Made by a program: the position numbers and the translations under genes. A stretch of 29,598 nucleotides of DNA. It comes from Opitutia bacterium (GTDB taxonomy: Bacteria > Verrucomicrobiota > Verrucomicrobiia > Opitutales > T3Sed10-336). The stretch spans positions 1 to 29,598 of the forward strand of contig JBJHCF010000054.1 of the NCBI GenBank assembly GCA_050506795.1, read 5' to 3'. The notes under the pieces are model-generated. The model saw only the letters and a program-made list of their open reading frames with translations, had not been told where the DNA came from and did no database searches. Below, piece by piece: positions 9,395 through 18,085 of the stretch (its first letter is position 1; each line of letters begins with the position of its first letter).

Positions 9395-9492
9395 CCCCTT
9401 CCGGTCGGCGAACGAAAGAACCTCAGCACCAATCCGAATGACACAACCGAGCGTTGTCACGCAGGCGAATCACGCCATAATGCCAGATAAAG

Positions 9493-10248
9493 ATGATCGA
9501 TCCAATGAACCGATTCGAGGCCGAGTATCAGCGGGCCGAGCAGAAAGGGATTACCTCTTGGTTTGAGCGCATGCGATCGTGGGCGATCGACCCTCACGAC
9601 CGGCGATTCTTTGAGGATTTGCTCTCTCAGAGTTGGGCGCCGGGAAATGGGAGCGTCGTGGAATTTGGCTGCGGGGCCGGTCAATTCCTGCGTTGGATTT
9701 GTTCACGCGGCTATTCCGGACTTGGCATTGATGTGAGTAAGACAGCCATTGAGCTCGCGAATCATGCCCGCAAGAATTTTGAGATAGAATATAGGGTGGC
9801 CAATGTTTGCGCAATGCCTCCTGGATCGTTTGGCAGTCACGATTTGTGTATCGATGGCCGCATGAGTCATTTCCTTGTTGATGAAAATGATCGGAACGCA
9901 TTCTTCGCCAACGCTCGGGCCGCCTTGAAACCACATGGTATCTTTGTGTTCATGGCCATGTGCGGTCCAATAGACGACACCGAATTGAATCGACTGTATC
10001 CCGGTCAAAAGGTTTCCGACGCGATTCTCTACACGCCTTTCCACTCGGAGGAAGCCGGCCCGGGGGAAGAGAGATACATACCGCAAAATTACGTTCCTCA
10101 CTGGAGCGTTCTCCTGGAAGAAGTTATGGCTGCAGCTTTTGAGCCCGTTTTGATCCGGTTCAGTCGCCATGCCAAGGACGAACCCGTGAGCTCGGTCAAT
10201 ATCGCGGCGCAGCTGTCGAGTGAAAGGCGAACAAATCGGAAGAGGTAG
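9493..10248 (+). CDS. Class I SAM-dependent methyltransferase
   Basis: Motif I VVEFGCGAGQ, GIDVSKTAIELA, ALKPHGIFV. Confidence 0.85.
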   Translation: MIDPMNRFEAEYQRAEQKGITSWFERMRSWAIDPHDRRFFEDLLSQSWAPGNGSVVEFGCGAGQFLRWICSRGYSGLGIDVSKTAIELANHARKNFEIEYRVANVCAMPPGSFGSHDLCIDGRMSHFLVDENDRNAFFANARAALKPHGIFVFMAMCGPIDDTELNRLYPGQKVSDAILYTPFHSEEAGPGEERYIPQNYVPHWSVLLEEVMAAAFEPVLIRFSRHAKDEPVSSVNIAAQLSSERRTNRKR

Positions 10249-10311
10249 CGCGTGAAGGCTCACCCAGTTTCGCTGGAGCGCCGACTAAAAACCGTGCAAC
10301 GGAATCGGAAA

Positions 10312-10328
10312 GTTGTCACCTTATTCGG
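10312..10328 (+). promoter_or_regulatory. Repeated motif gttgtcacctYattcgg, copy 1
   Basis: 16 of 17 nt identical to 12020-12036. Lies about 20 nt before the start of the sigma gene and is preceded by cgtgcaac. Confidence 0.55.
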
Positions 10329-10346
10329 GGGCCGAGCCACTGATCA

Positions 10347-11972
10347 GTGATGACAACCTTCACCGATAGTTCTGACAGCAACGCTTCCGACGCTGAGCTT
10401 GTGGCGACAGCCCTGCGAGGAGACCGCAACGGGTTCGGCAGGATTATCGCCCGTTACCAGGCATTGATTTGTTCGCTTGCCTTCAGCGCGACCGGCAGCC
10501 TGGCGCTGAGCGAGGAGCTGGCGCAGGAGACTTTCGTTGCCGCTTGGAAGCGGTTGCGCGACCTGCGTGAGCCGGAGAAACTACGCCCGTGGCTCTGCGG
10601 AATTGCCAGGAACCTGGCTAACAACTCGCGCCGCCGTCGGGCCCGGGATCCGTTGACTGACGGTGGCTTGCGGGCGGAGAACCCGGAGGGCGTTTCGCCG
10701 GAACCGACTCCCGACCAGGAGACAATCGCGCGCGAGGAGGCCGCGCTGCTTTGGGAGTCGCTGGAAAAGATTCCCGAAACCTATCGCGTTCCGTTGATTC
10801 TTTATTATCGCGAGCAGAGATCGGTGCGGCAGGTGGCGGAACTGCTGGACCTTTCGGAGGATACGGCGAAACAGCGGCTCTCGCGGGGACGAAAGCTTCT
10901 TCATAGCCAGGTGCTCGATCTCGTGGCAAGCGTGCTGGAACGTTCGACTCCTGGCCGGGCGTTGACCATCGGTATTCTCGCGGCGCTTCCGGTCTATGGC
11001 GCCACCTCGACGGCAACCGCCGCCACGCTCACCGCCGCCGGTGGCCACGGGTTGAAAGCGGCCGGGATTGCCGGAACGGCCTGGGCGATTATCGGGCCGC
11101 TGGCCGGAATACTGGGTGGCGTGATCGGTATCAAGGCCAGCCTTTCTCAGGCGGAGTCCGTGCGGGAGAGACGTTTCATCGTACGGATGGTATGGTGGAT
11201 GTGCGGGCTGATCCTCGTTTTTATCACCGCGCAGGGCGGCCTGATGTGGCTCGGTTTTCGTCTGTGGAGGGATCGGCCGCATTTCGTGGCCGGTGCGATG
11301 GTCGTTGTTTGTTTGCTCTACCTGGCAACGTTGTTTGCGGGCATTCTTTATTTCAATCGACGCCAGCGGACCATTCGTGCTGAAGAAGGGAAAGGGACGG
11401 GATCCGTTTCGGCGCGGGGTCGGTATGGCCCCATCGACTACCGCTCGCGGATCCGGTTTCTCGGCCTGCCGCTCCTGCACGTTCGATCGGGAAGCGCCGG
11501 TCCGAGACGGCAAGGGCCGGTGACGGGGTGGATCGCGATCGGCGACGTGGCCCTGGGCGGTCTCTTCGCAAGCGGCGGTGTGGCCGTAGCGCCGATCGCT
11601 TTCGGAGGAATTTCGATCGGGCTCTTGGGCCTTGGAGGTGTTGTGCTAGGCGCGGCCGTCTGGGGAGGATTGACGGTTGGGTTTTGGGCGATCGGAGGGG
11701 TCGCCGCCGGCTTCCTCGCTTTCGGCGGAGTCGCGCTTGCATGGGAAGGCGCCATGGGCGGCTGGGCGGTGGCGCGGGAGTACGCCCTGGGAGGCGTGGT
11801 CAGCGCGACCCACGCGAATGACGCGGTAGCGACCGCGATGGCCGAGGAGGAAGCGTTCTTCGGGGTCGCCGTCCATATGTCTCAGTGGGGCTGGCTCGCG
11901 TTCGTGGTATTGTTTCTGTTTATTTGGCGGATGTTCAGCTATGCGCGCCGGAAAAACAGCCGATCGGACTGA
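10347..11972 (+). CDS. ECF sigma factor fused to a C-terminal multi-pass membrane, Gly-rich domain
   Basis: Region 2 SEELAQETFVAAW..LREPEKLRPWLCGIARN. Region 4 IPETYRVPLILYYRE..VAELLDLSEDTAKQRLSRGRKLL. Then several hydrophobic helices, YRSRIRFLGLPLLHV and GG-rich hydrophobic repeats. Confidence 0.9.
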   Translation: MMTTFTDSSDSNASDAELVATALRGDRNGFGRIIARYQALICSLAFSATGSLALSEELAQETFVAAWKRLRDLREPEKLRPWLCGIARNLANNSRRRRARDPLTDGGLRAENPEGVSPEPTPDQETIAREEAALLWESLEKIPETYRVPLILYYREQRSVRQVAELLDLSEDTAKQRLSRGRKLLHSQVLDLVASVLERSTPGRALTIGILAALPVYGATSTATAATLTAAGGHGLKAAGIAGTAWAIIGPLAGILGGVIGIKASLSQAESVRERRFIVRMVWWMCGLILVFITAQGGLMWLGFRLWRDRPHFVAGAMVVVCLLYLATLFAGILYFNRRQRTIRAEEGKGTGSVSARGRYGPIDYRSRIRFLGLPLLHVRSGSAGPRRQGPVTGWIAIGDVALGGLFASGGVAVAPIAFGGISIGLLGLGGVVLGAAVWGGLTVGFWAIGGVAAGFLAFGGVALAWEGAMGGWAVAREYALGGVVSATHANDAVATAMAEEEAFFGVAVHMSQWGWLAFVVLFLFIWRMFSYARRKNSRSD

Positions 11973-12019
11973 CCTATTGGTCTTGATGGGGGCTGTTTCA
12001 CGACGTGCCAACCGAAAGG

Positions 12020-12036
12020 GTTGTCACCTCATTCGG
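12020..12036 (+). promoter_or_regulatory. Repeated motif gttgtcacctYattcgg, copy 2
   Basis: Matches 10312-10328. Starts 48 nt after the sigma stop and is preceded by cgtgccaac. Confidence 0.5.
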
Positions 12037-12180
12037 TGAATTTAAGTCGTCGTTTTGGTTTAATAATACTTCAGGAAACGAGGAAACCTTTTGTGATATT
12101 GTAGTAAGTCTATTTCAGGAGCAGGCCGGGCCGGACGGAATAGGAATCTGGCGGCTTTTCGCTTCTTGTCACAATGAACC

Positions 12181-12390
12181 ATGAAAACATACATCCAGAC
12201 GCGTTTCATGAACTCGTTCATGGATATGATCGATTGGGAAGGGATGGAGAGTGAAGCAAGGCGCTTTGGGATTTCATCCCTTCGACCGAGTGAAGGGAAG
12301 ATGGCCTCTCTCGGAGAGGGGCCATCGGCATCGTGGTATACGAAGATTCTCGATCCCTCCGGAATAGGGGTGCCAGGTGAAACGAAATGA
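12181..12390 (+). CDS. Small hypothetical protein (69 aa)
   Basis: ATG-initiated ORF on the cluster strand in an otherwise empty gap. No recognised motif. Confidence 0.3.
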   Translation: MKTYIQTRFMNSFMDMIDWEGMESEARRFGISSLRPSEGKMASLGEGPSASWYTKILDPSGIGVPGETK

Positions 12391-12465
12391 TTTTTGTCTG
12401 TTCGACGGGATATGCGGGAATCATAATTGGGCCGGCCCAACCCGGACCATTTTCTCCGCCGCTGG

Positions 12466-12494
12466 TGTAACGCGATCACTGGTTTCCGTAAGTA
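12466..12494 (+). promoter_or_regulatory. Candidate ECF promoter upstream of the intact kinase
   Basis: TGTAAC-gcgatcactggtttcc-GTAAGTA, followed by an AAGGAG RBS before ATG 12514. Confidence 0.55.
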
Positions 12495-12513
12495 ATGGGC
12501 AAAGGAGCAGTCG

Positions 12514-15426
12514 ATGAAATCAAAACAGGAATGCCCGAAATGCGGAAGAGAAGTTCCCGCCGATGCCCCTGAGGGAATCTGCCCCGCCTGTCTGGCGGCG
12601 GCCTTTATGAAAACCGAGGCCCCTTTCCCCGGCCGGGTCGAGTCGATGCCAGTTGAGGAGATCGCCGGGCTTTTTCCGGAACTGGAGATTCTGGGGATGC
12701 TCGGGTCGGGCGGGATGGGCGCTGTCTACAAGGCACGTCAGCCGAAACTGGACCGGCTTGTGGCGCTCAAGATCCTCGACCGGCACGACGGCGATCCGCG
12801 TTTTGTTGAGCGCTTCACGCGCGAGGCAAAGACGCTGGCCAGGTTGAGTCACCCGAGCATTGTGACTGTCTATGAGTTCGGGGAACGCGAGGGCCTCCCT
12901 TTCCTGATCATGGAACTGGTGGATGGGGTGACCCTGCGGAGTCTCTTGCGGGCGGGTAAAATGCCGCCGGAGCAGGCCCTGGCGATCGTGCCACCGATCT
13001 GCGAGGCATTGCAGTATGCGCATGACAAAGGGGTAATCCATCGGGACATCAAGCCGGAGAATATCCTGGTGGATAAAGAGGGACGGGTGAAGGTGGCGGA
13101 TTTCGGGATCGCCCGATTGATGGAGGTGAAGGAGGCGGAGGAGCACCTGACCGGCGACGCGGAGCGGGTGGGCACCGCCCACTACATGGCTCCCGAGCAG
13201 GTGGAGCATCCGGGGGAGGTCGATCATCGGGCGGACATCTATGCACTTGGGGTGGTGTTTTACGAGATGCTGACCGGAGAGCTCCCGTTGGGAAAATTTC
13301 CCCAGCCGTCGAAACGGGTCCGGATCGATGTGCGTCTGGACGAAGTGGTTCTGAAGGCACTGGAAAAGGAACCGGCGCGGCGCTACCAGCAGGCGAGCGA
13401 GGTGGAGACGGCGGTCACCATGGTGTCCGCGAGTTCGGCTGCCGGGAGCGACGAGGCTCATGCTGAGTGGAAGAATCCGGACAATTGGACGGGTCCGAAG
13501 TGGCTATCCGTTTATTTTAGCAAACGCGATCGGCGGGTGTGGGTGCCCAAACAGATTTCGGCTTTGGGGTGGACGATCAACCTCGGTCGTCCAGGCGGTG
13601 TGGTGTGGCTGTTTACTATTATCATAGGCCTGCCATTGATCATCCTCCTGATTGCTTTCTTCGTAACGAACTCCGGGGATCGTGCCAACGAAATTGGGCT
13701 GAATGCTTCCTCTCTTGAGGACGCCCCGAAAGGGGAACTCGTCGCCGAAGCGCCCTTCATCGCCCGACTCCCGCAAGGATCGATCGAGTTGGTTGCGGTA
13801 TCGTATCATCCCTCGGACGATCAGCCCTGGTGGCGGCCGGACGGATCGGATTACGATGGACCGCCGGTTTTCACCTGGGGAGGCAGCTCGCGCGCTTACG
13901 GGGATGAGCGACCCCGCGAATTTGTCTTTCGACGGTCCGATGTTCCCGACGGCTCGGATGTCCGTTTTGTTTTCGATCCTCCCTCCAGCCAGGCCGGAAA
14001 CATGGTGGGGTTCGAACCCGGCGTCCCGGATTACGAACTCATGGCGCTTTCAGCCACCCTGCCCGCTGTGACCGATACCTTTACCATAAAAGTGGGAGCG
14101 GGGAGCGGTCCATGGAGGACGATTTCGGAGACGAGGGCCGGCAGCGGGGCCTCCGGTATTACGGAGGGAGACTGGTCCGTTGCCTTCGCTTCCCAAACCG
14201 AGATCGACGGATCCGCGAGAGTAACGGTAGCGCATAACATCGAGGGGCATTCCCTTCGCATGGTCGCGGTGGATCTGCACGGCGAGCCTCATACCGCAAG
14301 CCTTTCCGGAATCGGGACCTCGGGATTCTCGGCCCAGAATGCCACTTTTCACGGATTGCCCCTGGACAACATCGTCAGCTTCGAGTTGCAGGTTCGCCCT
14401 TACGCCTGGGCGGAATTCCGAAATGTGTCGCTGGAGCCCGGACAGCCGACCCGCGTGGAGGTAGGCCATGCGCCGGCGACCGCTGAATTAGCCCTGGTTA
14501 CCGGTTCAGTGCAGTTTTCAGAACAAGTATCGCGATCAGTGGTGGGTGGCGAAACGTTTTCCCAATCCGAACCGGAGTTTGTCGTCCACCTGCCGCGTCG
14601 CATGGGAACCGAGGTTCTGGATGCCTTCCGCGCCTTTGTCCACGAGCATCGCTGGCGCATGCGAAGCGAATCCGGCAATGACGAGTATGTGTTGCTTCGG
14701 GCAACGGATCTGGCGGGGAAGCATGTCACCGCCAGGCTCGAAGCCTCGGGTCAGAACGATGGCCAGTCGAGTCTGACCATCGCAACCGAAGCCGGAGCGG
14801 AGCTTTCCGCACGTCGAATCGGCTACGCGATAGGCACAAGAGTCGGTTTGCGGATTCCGGAGGCGGATTCAACGACAACTGGACTGCAAGCGGAAGCGAG
14901 TCCGCGTGTCTTTGGAGAGGTTATGGAACGGGTCGTTTACGACGATGGAGTCGGGCGGGATTTCTTCATTGATCTGGATAGCGGGCGGCTCTCATCGCCT
15001 CCCCCCGGATTGAATCCGGAAAACCAGGACGCTGTCCTGCTGTGGGCGGAGATGGAAGGAGTGGATGCCATGGGCGAGACCGGCGCCAGTGTCCGCGGTC
15101 TCGTCGGTTTTGGCCTGAAGGTCCGTCCGATTCCGTCGGAACGATGGGCGACGATCTCCGCAGCTGAGGTCGTCGCGGATGCCGCTCTTCGCGAGACGGT
15201 GGCGGGCACCTACACGTTTATGAGTGCGAAAGGCGAAACGCCGGAAACGTTTCTCTTTGAAACACGCGAAGGCAGCCGGGGCGTCCTGCAAATTACCGGG
15301 TTCACCGACGACCCGCGCGGCGTGAGGATTCGCTACAAGCTGGTGGTGAACGAAGAACCGATCAGGGCCACCACGCCCGACCTTGAGAGGGCCATCAGAG
15401 CCACCGAGGACTACTCCACGGACTGA
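12514..15426 (+). CDS. Membrane-anchored Hanks-type Ser/Thr kinase with Zn-ribbon, DUF5808-like segment, one TM helix and large extracytoplasmic region
   Basis: CPKC..CPAC, GSGGMGAVY, VALK, HRDIKPEN, DFG, YMAPEQ, DIYALG. Segment YFSKRDRRVWVPKQISALGWTINLGRP. TM helix VVWLFTIIIGLPLIILLIAFFV. Confidence 0.95.
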   Translation: MKSKQECPKCGREVPADAPEGICPACLAAAFMKTEAPFPGRVESMPVEEIAGLFPELEILGMLGSGGMGAVYKARQPKLDRLVALKILDRHDGDPRFVERFTREAKTLARLSHPSIVTVYEFGEREGLPFLIMELVDGVTLRSLLRAGKMPPEQALAIVPPICEALQYAHDKGVIHRDIKPENILVDKEGRVKVADFGIARLMEVKEAEEHLTGDAERVGTAHYMAPEQVEHPGEVDHRADIYALGVVFYEMLTGELPLGKFPQPSKRVRIDVRLDEVVLKALEKEPARRYQQASEVETAVTMVSASSAAGSDEAHAEWKNPDNWTGPKWLSVYFSKRDRRVWVPKQISALGWTINLGRPGGVVWLFTIIIGLPLIILLIAFFVTNSGDRANEIGLNASSLEDAPKGELVAEAPFIARLPQGSIELVAVSYHPSDDQPWWRPDGSDYDGPPVFTWGGSSRAYGDERPREFVFRRSDVPDGSDVRFVFDPPSSQAGNMVGFEPGVPDYELMALSATLPAVTDTFTIKVGAGSGPWRTISETRAGSGASGITEGDWSVAFASQTEIDGSARVTVAHNIEGHSLRMVAVDLHGEPHTASLSGIGTSGFSAQNATFHGLPLDNIVSFELQVRPYAWAEFRNVSLEPGQPTRVEVGHAPATAELALVTGSVQFSEQVSRSVVGGETFSQSEPEFVVHLPRRMGTEVLDAFRAFVHEHRWRMRSESGNDEYVLLRATDLAGKHVTARLEASGQNDGQSSLTIATEAGAELSARRIGYAIGTRVGLRIPEADSTTTGLQAEASPRVFGEVMERVVYDDGVGRDFFIDLDSGRLSSPPPGLNPENQDAVLLWAEMEGVDAMGETGASVRGLVGFGLKVRPIPSERWATISAAEVVADAALRETVAGTYTFMSAKGETPETFLFETREGSRGVLQITGFTDDPRGVRIRYKLVVNEEPIRATTPDLERAIRATEDYSTD

Positions 15427-15431
15427 AGGAG

Positions 15432-15881
15432 TTGATGATGTGGAACGCCGAGGTGAGCGATGCGGGTGTGTCGCACCTCAAAGATCTGCGGGAGCTGCGT
15501 CACCTCCATATCAACGACGCGCGCATTAGCGATCGCTCGCTTGCCGTGTTGGCCGAGCTGCCGCGGCTCGAAAGCCTGTCCCTTCAGGGGAACCGTTTCA
15601 CTGACCAGGGGCTTGCGCATCTTGGCCGGATGAAACAACTTAAGAATCTTTGGATCGGATTGGGCCATGGCAGGATTACGGATGAGGGATTGAGCCATCT
15701 GGCCAACCTGACCAGTTTGGAGGAGCTGGAAATTCAAAGGTGCGACATCACGGATCGGGGCCTTGAGTCTTTGCACGGCCTGACAAGCCTCGAGACAGTT
15801 TACATCGGCCATCAGACCCAGGTTACCGAAGAGGGTAAGCTGAAGTTGAAACAAGCCCTGCCATGGGTTCAAATTCAGTGA
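15432..15881 (+). CDS. Leucine-rich repeat protein, possibly a 5'-truncated fragment
   Basis: About five ~24-aa repeats of the form LxxLxxLxLxxxxITDxGLxxL. Ends with LKQALPWVQI. Confidence 0.85.
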   Translation: MMMWNAEVSDAGVSHLKDLRELRHLHINDARISDRSLAVLAELPRLESLSLQGNRFTDQGLAHLGRMKQLKNLWIGLGHGRITDEGLSHLANLTSLEELEIQRCDITDRGLESLHGLTSLETVYIGHQTQVTEEGKLKLKQALPWVQIQ

Positions 15882-16068
15882 CTCGGACCAGCCGATTAAG
15901 TCGGATTGCGATTCACGCGGCAGTGAGGGGATCACATTCCCACCTTCGGGGGCAATGAAAGGACACCTGTGACCCGCGCGTTCCATGCGGGATGCAGGGG
16001 CGCCGCTTATTGGATCGTAAAGCTTATTTTCTAAGCGAAAGATCTTCGCTCCTCCTTATTTATCAATC

Positions 16069-16096
16069 TTGATTGTTTGGCATTGTCATTCATACT
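16069..16096 (+). promoter_or_regulatory. Possible sigma70-type promoter
   Basis: TTGATT-N16-CATACT in an AT-rich gap upstream of 16206. Confidence 0.35.
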
Positions 16097-16205
16097 TAGG
16101 GTAAGTGCTAGCGATTTGAATTTGTTGTCATGGTGTAGAGATAAACTAACCGGCCGGCGCCGAAGCTAAACGTCTTTATACTTCCTTTCTTCGACGGAGC
16201 TTTTC

Positions 16206-17027
16206 ATGAAATTTGATTTCCTGGGCTCGATCATTCGGTGCGTACGGTCGCACCAAAGTCTATCAATGGCGTTGGGTCTTGTGGTGATAGCCGCGAGCCT
16301 CACCGGAGCGGCTGAATTGCGAGGTCAAGTTCCGGACAGCGCCGTCAACGACAGGTTTGCCGATGCCATTGACCTGCGGGGAGCGCATGGCACGGTCCGC
16401 GGCAGCAATCTCGATGCCAACCGGCAGCCGGATGAACCGGACCACGGTGACGCCACACTCTGGTGGCGATGGACCGCGCCCCAATCGGGAAGAGCCCTAT
16501 GGGACACCATGGGTAGCGATTTCGACACATTCCTTCGTGTGACAAGTCCATCCGGCGAACAGTGGGAAAACGACGATTACGATGGCACCGATTCGCGCCT
16601 GGATTTTGAGCTACCGGAGGACGGAGAATACACAATTACCGTAACTTCGTTCGGCGAGTACGAAGAGGGGGATTACGAAGTGCTGGTTTCTGCCTGGGCT
16701 GAAACCGGAGAGGGCTTCCGCGGGCGGCTCGCTGTCGGCGGGCCGCAGCTTATCAAAGAAGGTGAATATTACGCAACCCACTTGTTCCGTGGGACGGAGG
16801 GAGAACGGGTGATCGTGGATCTGCATTCGACTGATTTTGATACCTTTCTCGTCATTGTGGGACCCTCGGGACAGCGGTGGTTGAATGATGATTTCGATGG
16901 CACCGATTCGCGCCTTGAGATCAATCTGCCGGAAAGCGGCGAATACACGATTACAGTGACCTCGTTCGGTCCCGACGAAACCGGGGATTACCGTGTGTCT
17001 CTATCGCGGAGTTCCGGCGTCCGTTAG
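16206..17027 (+). CDS. Secreted protein with two PPC-like (pre-peptidase C-terminal) repeats
   Basis: Hydrophobic signal. Two repeats of DFDTFL..PSG..W.NDD.DGTDSRL...LPE.GEYTITVTSFG..E.GDY.V, 105 aa apart. Confidence 0.8.
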   Translation: MKFDFLGSIIRCVRSHQSLSMALGLVVIAASLTGAAELRGQVPDSAVNDRFADAIDLRGAHGTVRGSNLDANRQPDEPDHGDATLWWRWTAPQSGRALWDTMGSDFDTFLRVTSPSGEQWENDDYDGTDSRLDFELPEDGEYTITVTSFGEYEEGDYEVLVSAWAETGEGFRGRLAVGGPQLIKEGEYYATHLFRGTEGERVIVDLHSTDFDTFLVIVGPSGQRWLNDDFDGTDSRLEINLPESGEYTITVTSFGPDETGDYRVSLSRSSGVR

Positions 17028-17123
17028 AATCCCTGGAGGAGTGCTTGGAGCAGCGAGAGCGGTCATGCATGAGCGTCGATTCCGATAATCATCTCTCGAC
17101 ACCGCAAATAAAGAAATTATAAA

Positions 17124-17288
17124 ATGAAATCCCTAAGTGCTTCGATAATCGTTTTATCGGCATCCGTTTTGATTGCTTCCGGCGCATTTATTCGACATGA
17201 CGGAACCCAATTATTCGTGATGATTTTAGGATGTGTTGTGGGCTTAATAGGATTGCTTGGATGGTTGAGAGAATCTAAAGATCAATGA
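17124..17288 (+). CDS. Small AT-rich two-helix membrane protein (54 aa, below the ORF-track cutoff)
   Basis: MKSLSASIIVLSASVLIASGAFIRHDGTQLFVMILGCVVGLIGLLGWLRESKDQ*, translated by hand. Confidence 0.6.
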   Translation: MKSLSASIIVLSASVLIASGAFIRHDGTQLFVMILGCVVGLIGLLGWLRESKDQ

Positions 17289-17487
17289 AACGAGGCGACC
17301 ACAACGAATCAGCATATGAGGGATGCATCATTCTGAGCGGCGGTTCCAGGCGTCGTCGCTCCTCCCTCGCCGACGGTCGGACAACAATAATTCGCGCGCA
17401 AGGCGAACTTCTAAAGAAACTGGGACGGTGCTTTTCTCTGTTTCGGTGCGCGGAATCCTCCTACTCTTTGTCTTAGGAGGGTAAACA

Positions 17488-17958
17488 ATGACTTTATTCA
17501 AATTAGCGGTTCTATTATTATTCGCCATGTTGCTGACCTCGTGCAGCTCGAAGCCGGTGCTCGCGCCTTCGTTCGCATTCAGCACATTTGATATGTCGGA
17601 AATAATTACAAAGGCAGGCAGCAAGTCCGAAGGCTTTTCGGATTCCGGAACGAGCAACGCGGTAACGGGCATCGCAACCCACATTCGATCGGGGATGTTT
17701 ACCAGTGCTCCGGACTGCCTTCCGTCCTATGCGGTCTTCACTCAGATCCGGGAACACTTTGAGGAAACTCACGGGGTTGCCATCGCTCAGGAAGGCTGGA
17801 ATCCGGATGCAGAGGAACATCCAAGCTCGCCCTGCCACATCGTCATGAAATACACCCACCAGGGGCGTCACGGAGAACTCAACCTATGGTTATTCCCTGA
17901 GGAAGATCATTTGCGAACCGGCTTTGCTCTTTATTACCAGGAGAAACCGTCGTCTTGA
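17488..17958 (+). CDS. Hypothetical lipoprotein
   Basis: AGGAGG RBS. Signal peptide with lipobox LLTSC. Confidence 0.75.
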   Translation: MTLFKLAVLLLFAMLLTSCSSKPVLAPSFAFSTFDMSEIITKAGSKSEGFSDSGTSNAVTGIATHIRSGMFTSAPDCLPSYAVFTQIREHFEETHGVAIAQEGWNPDAEEHPSSPCHIVMKYTHQGRHGELNLWLFPEEDHLRTGFALYYQEKPSS

Positions 17959-18085
17959 AATGGGCATCGTAATCCATTTTTGAGGAGTTTTCATGTTTGG
18001 TTTTTCAAGTGAGGCGGGCATTGCCCACTGAAGTGATAGAACGATACCAACGGGAATAACACATGGGAAGGTGAGCTAATTTGAT

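Noticed and set aside
16062..16073. FNR box (atcaa-tc-ttgat)
   Set aside because: The half-sites are in the opposite order and spacing to TTGAT-N4-ATCAA.
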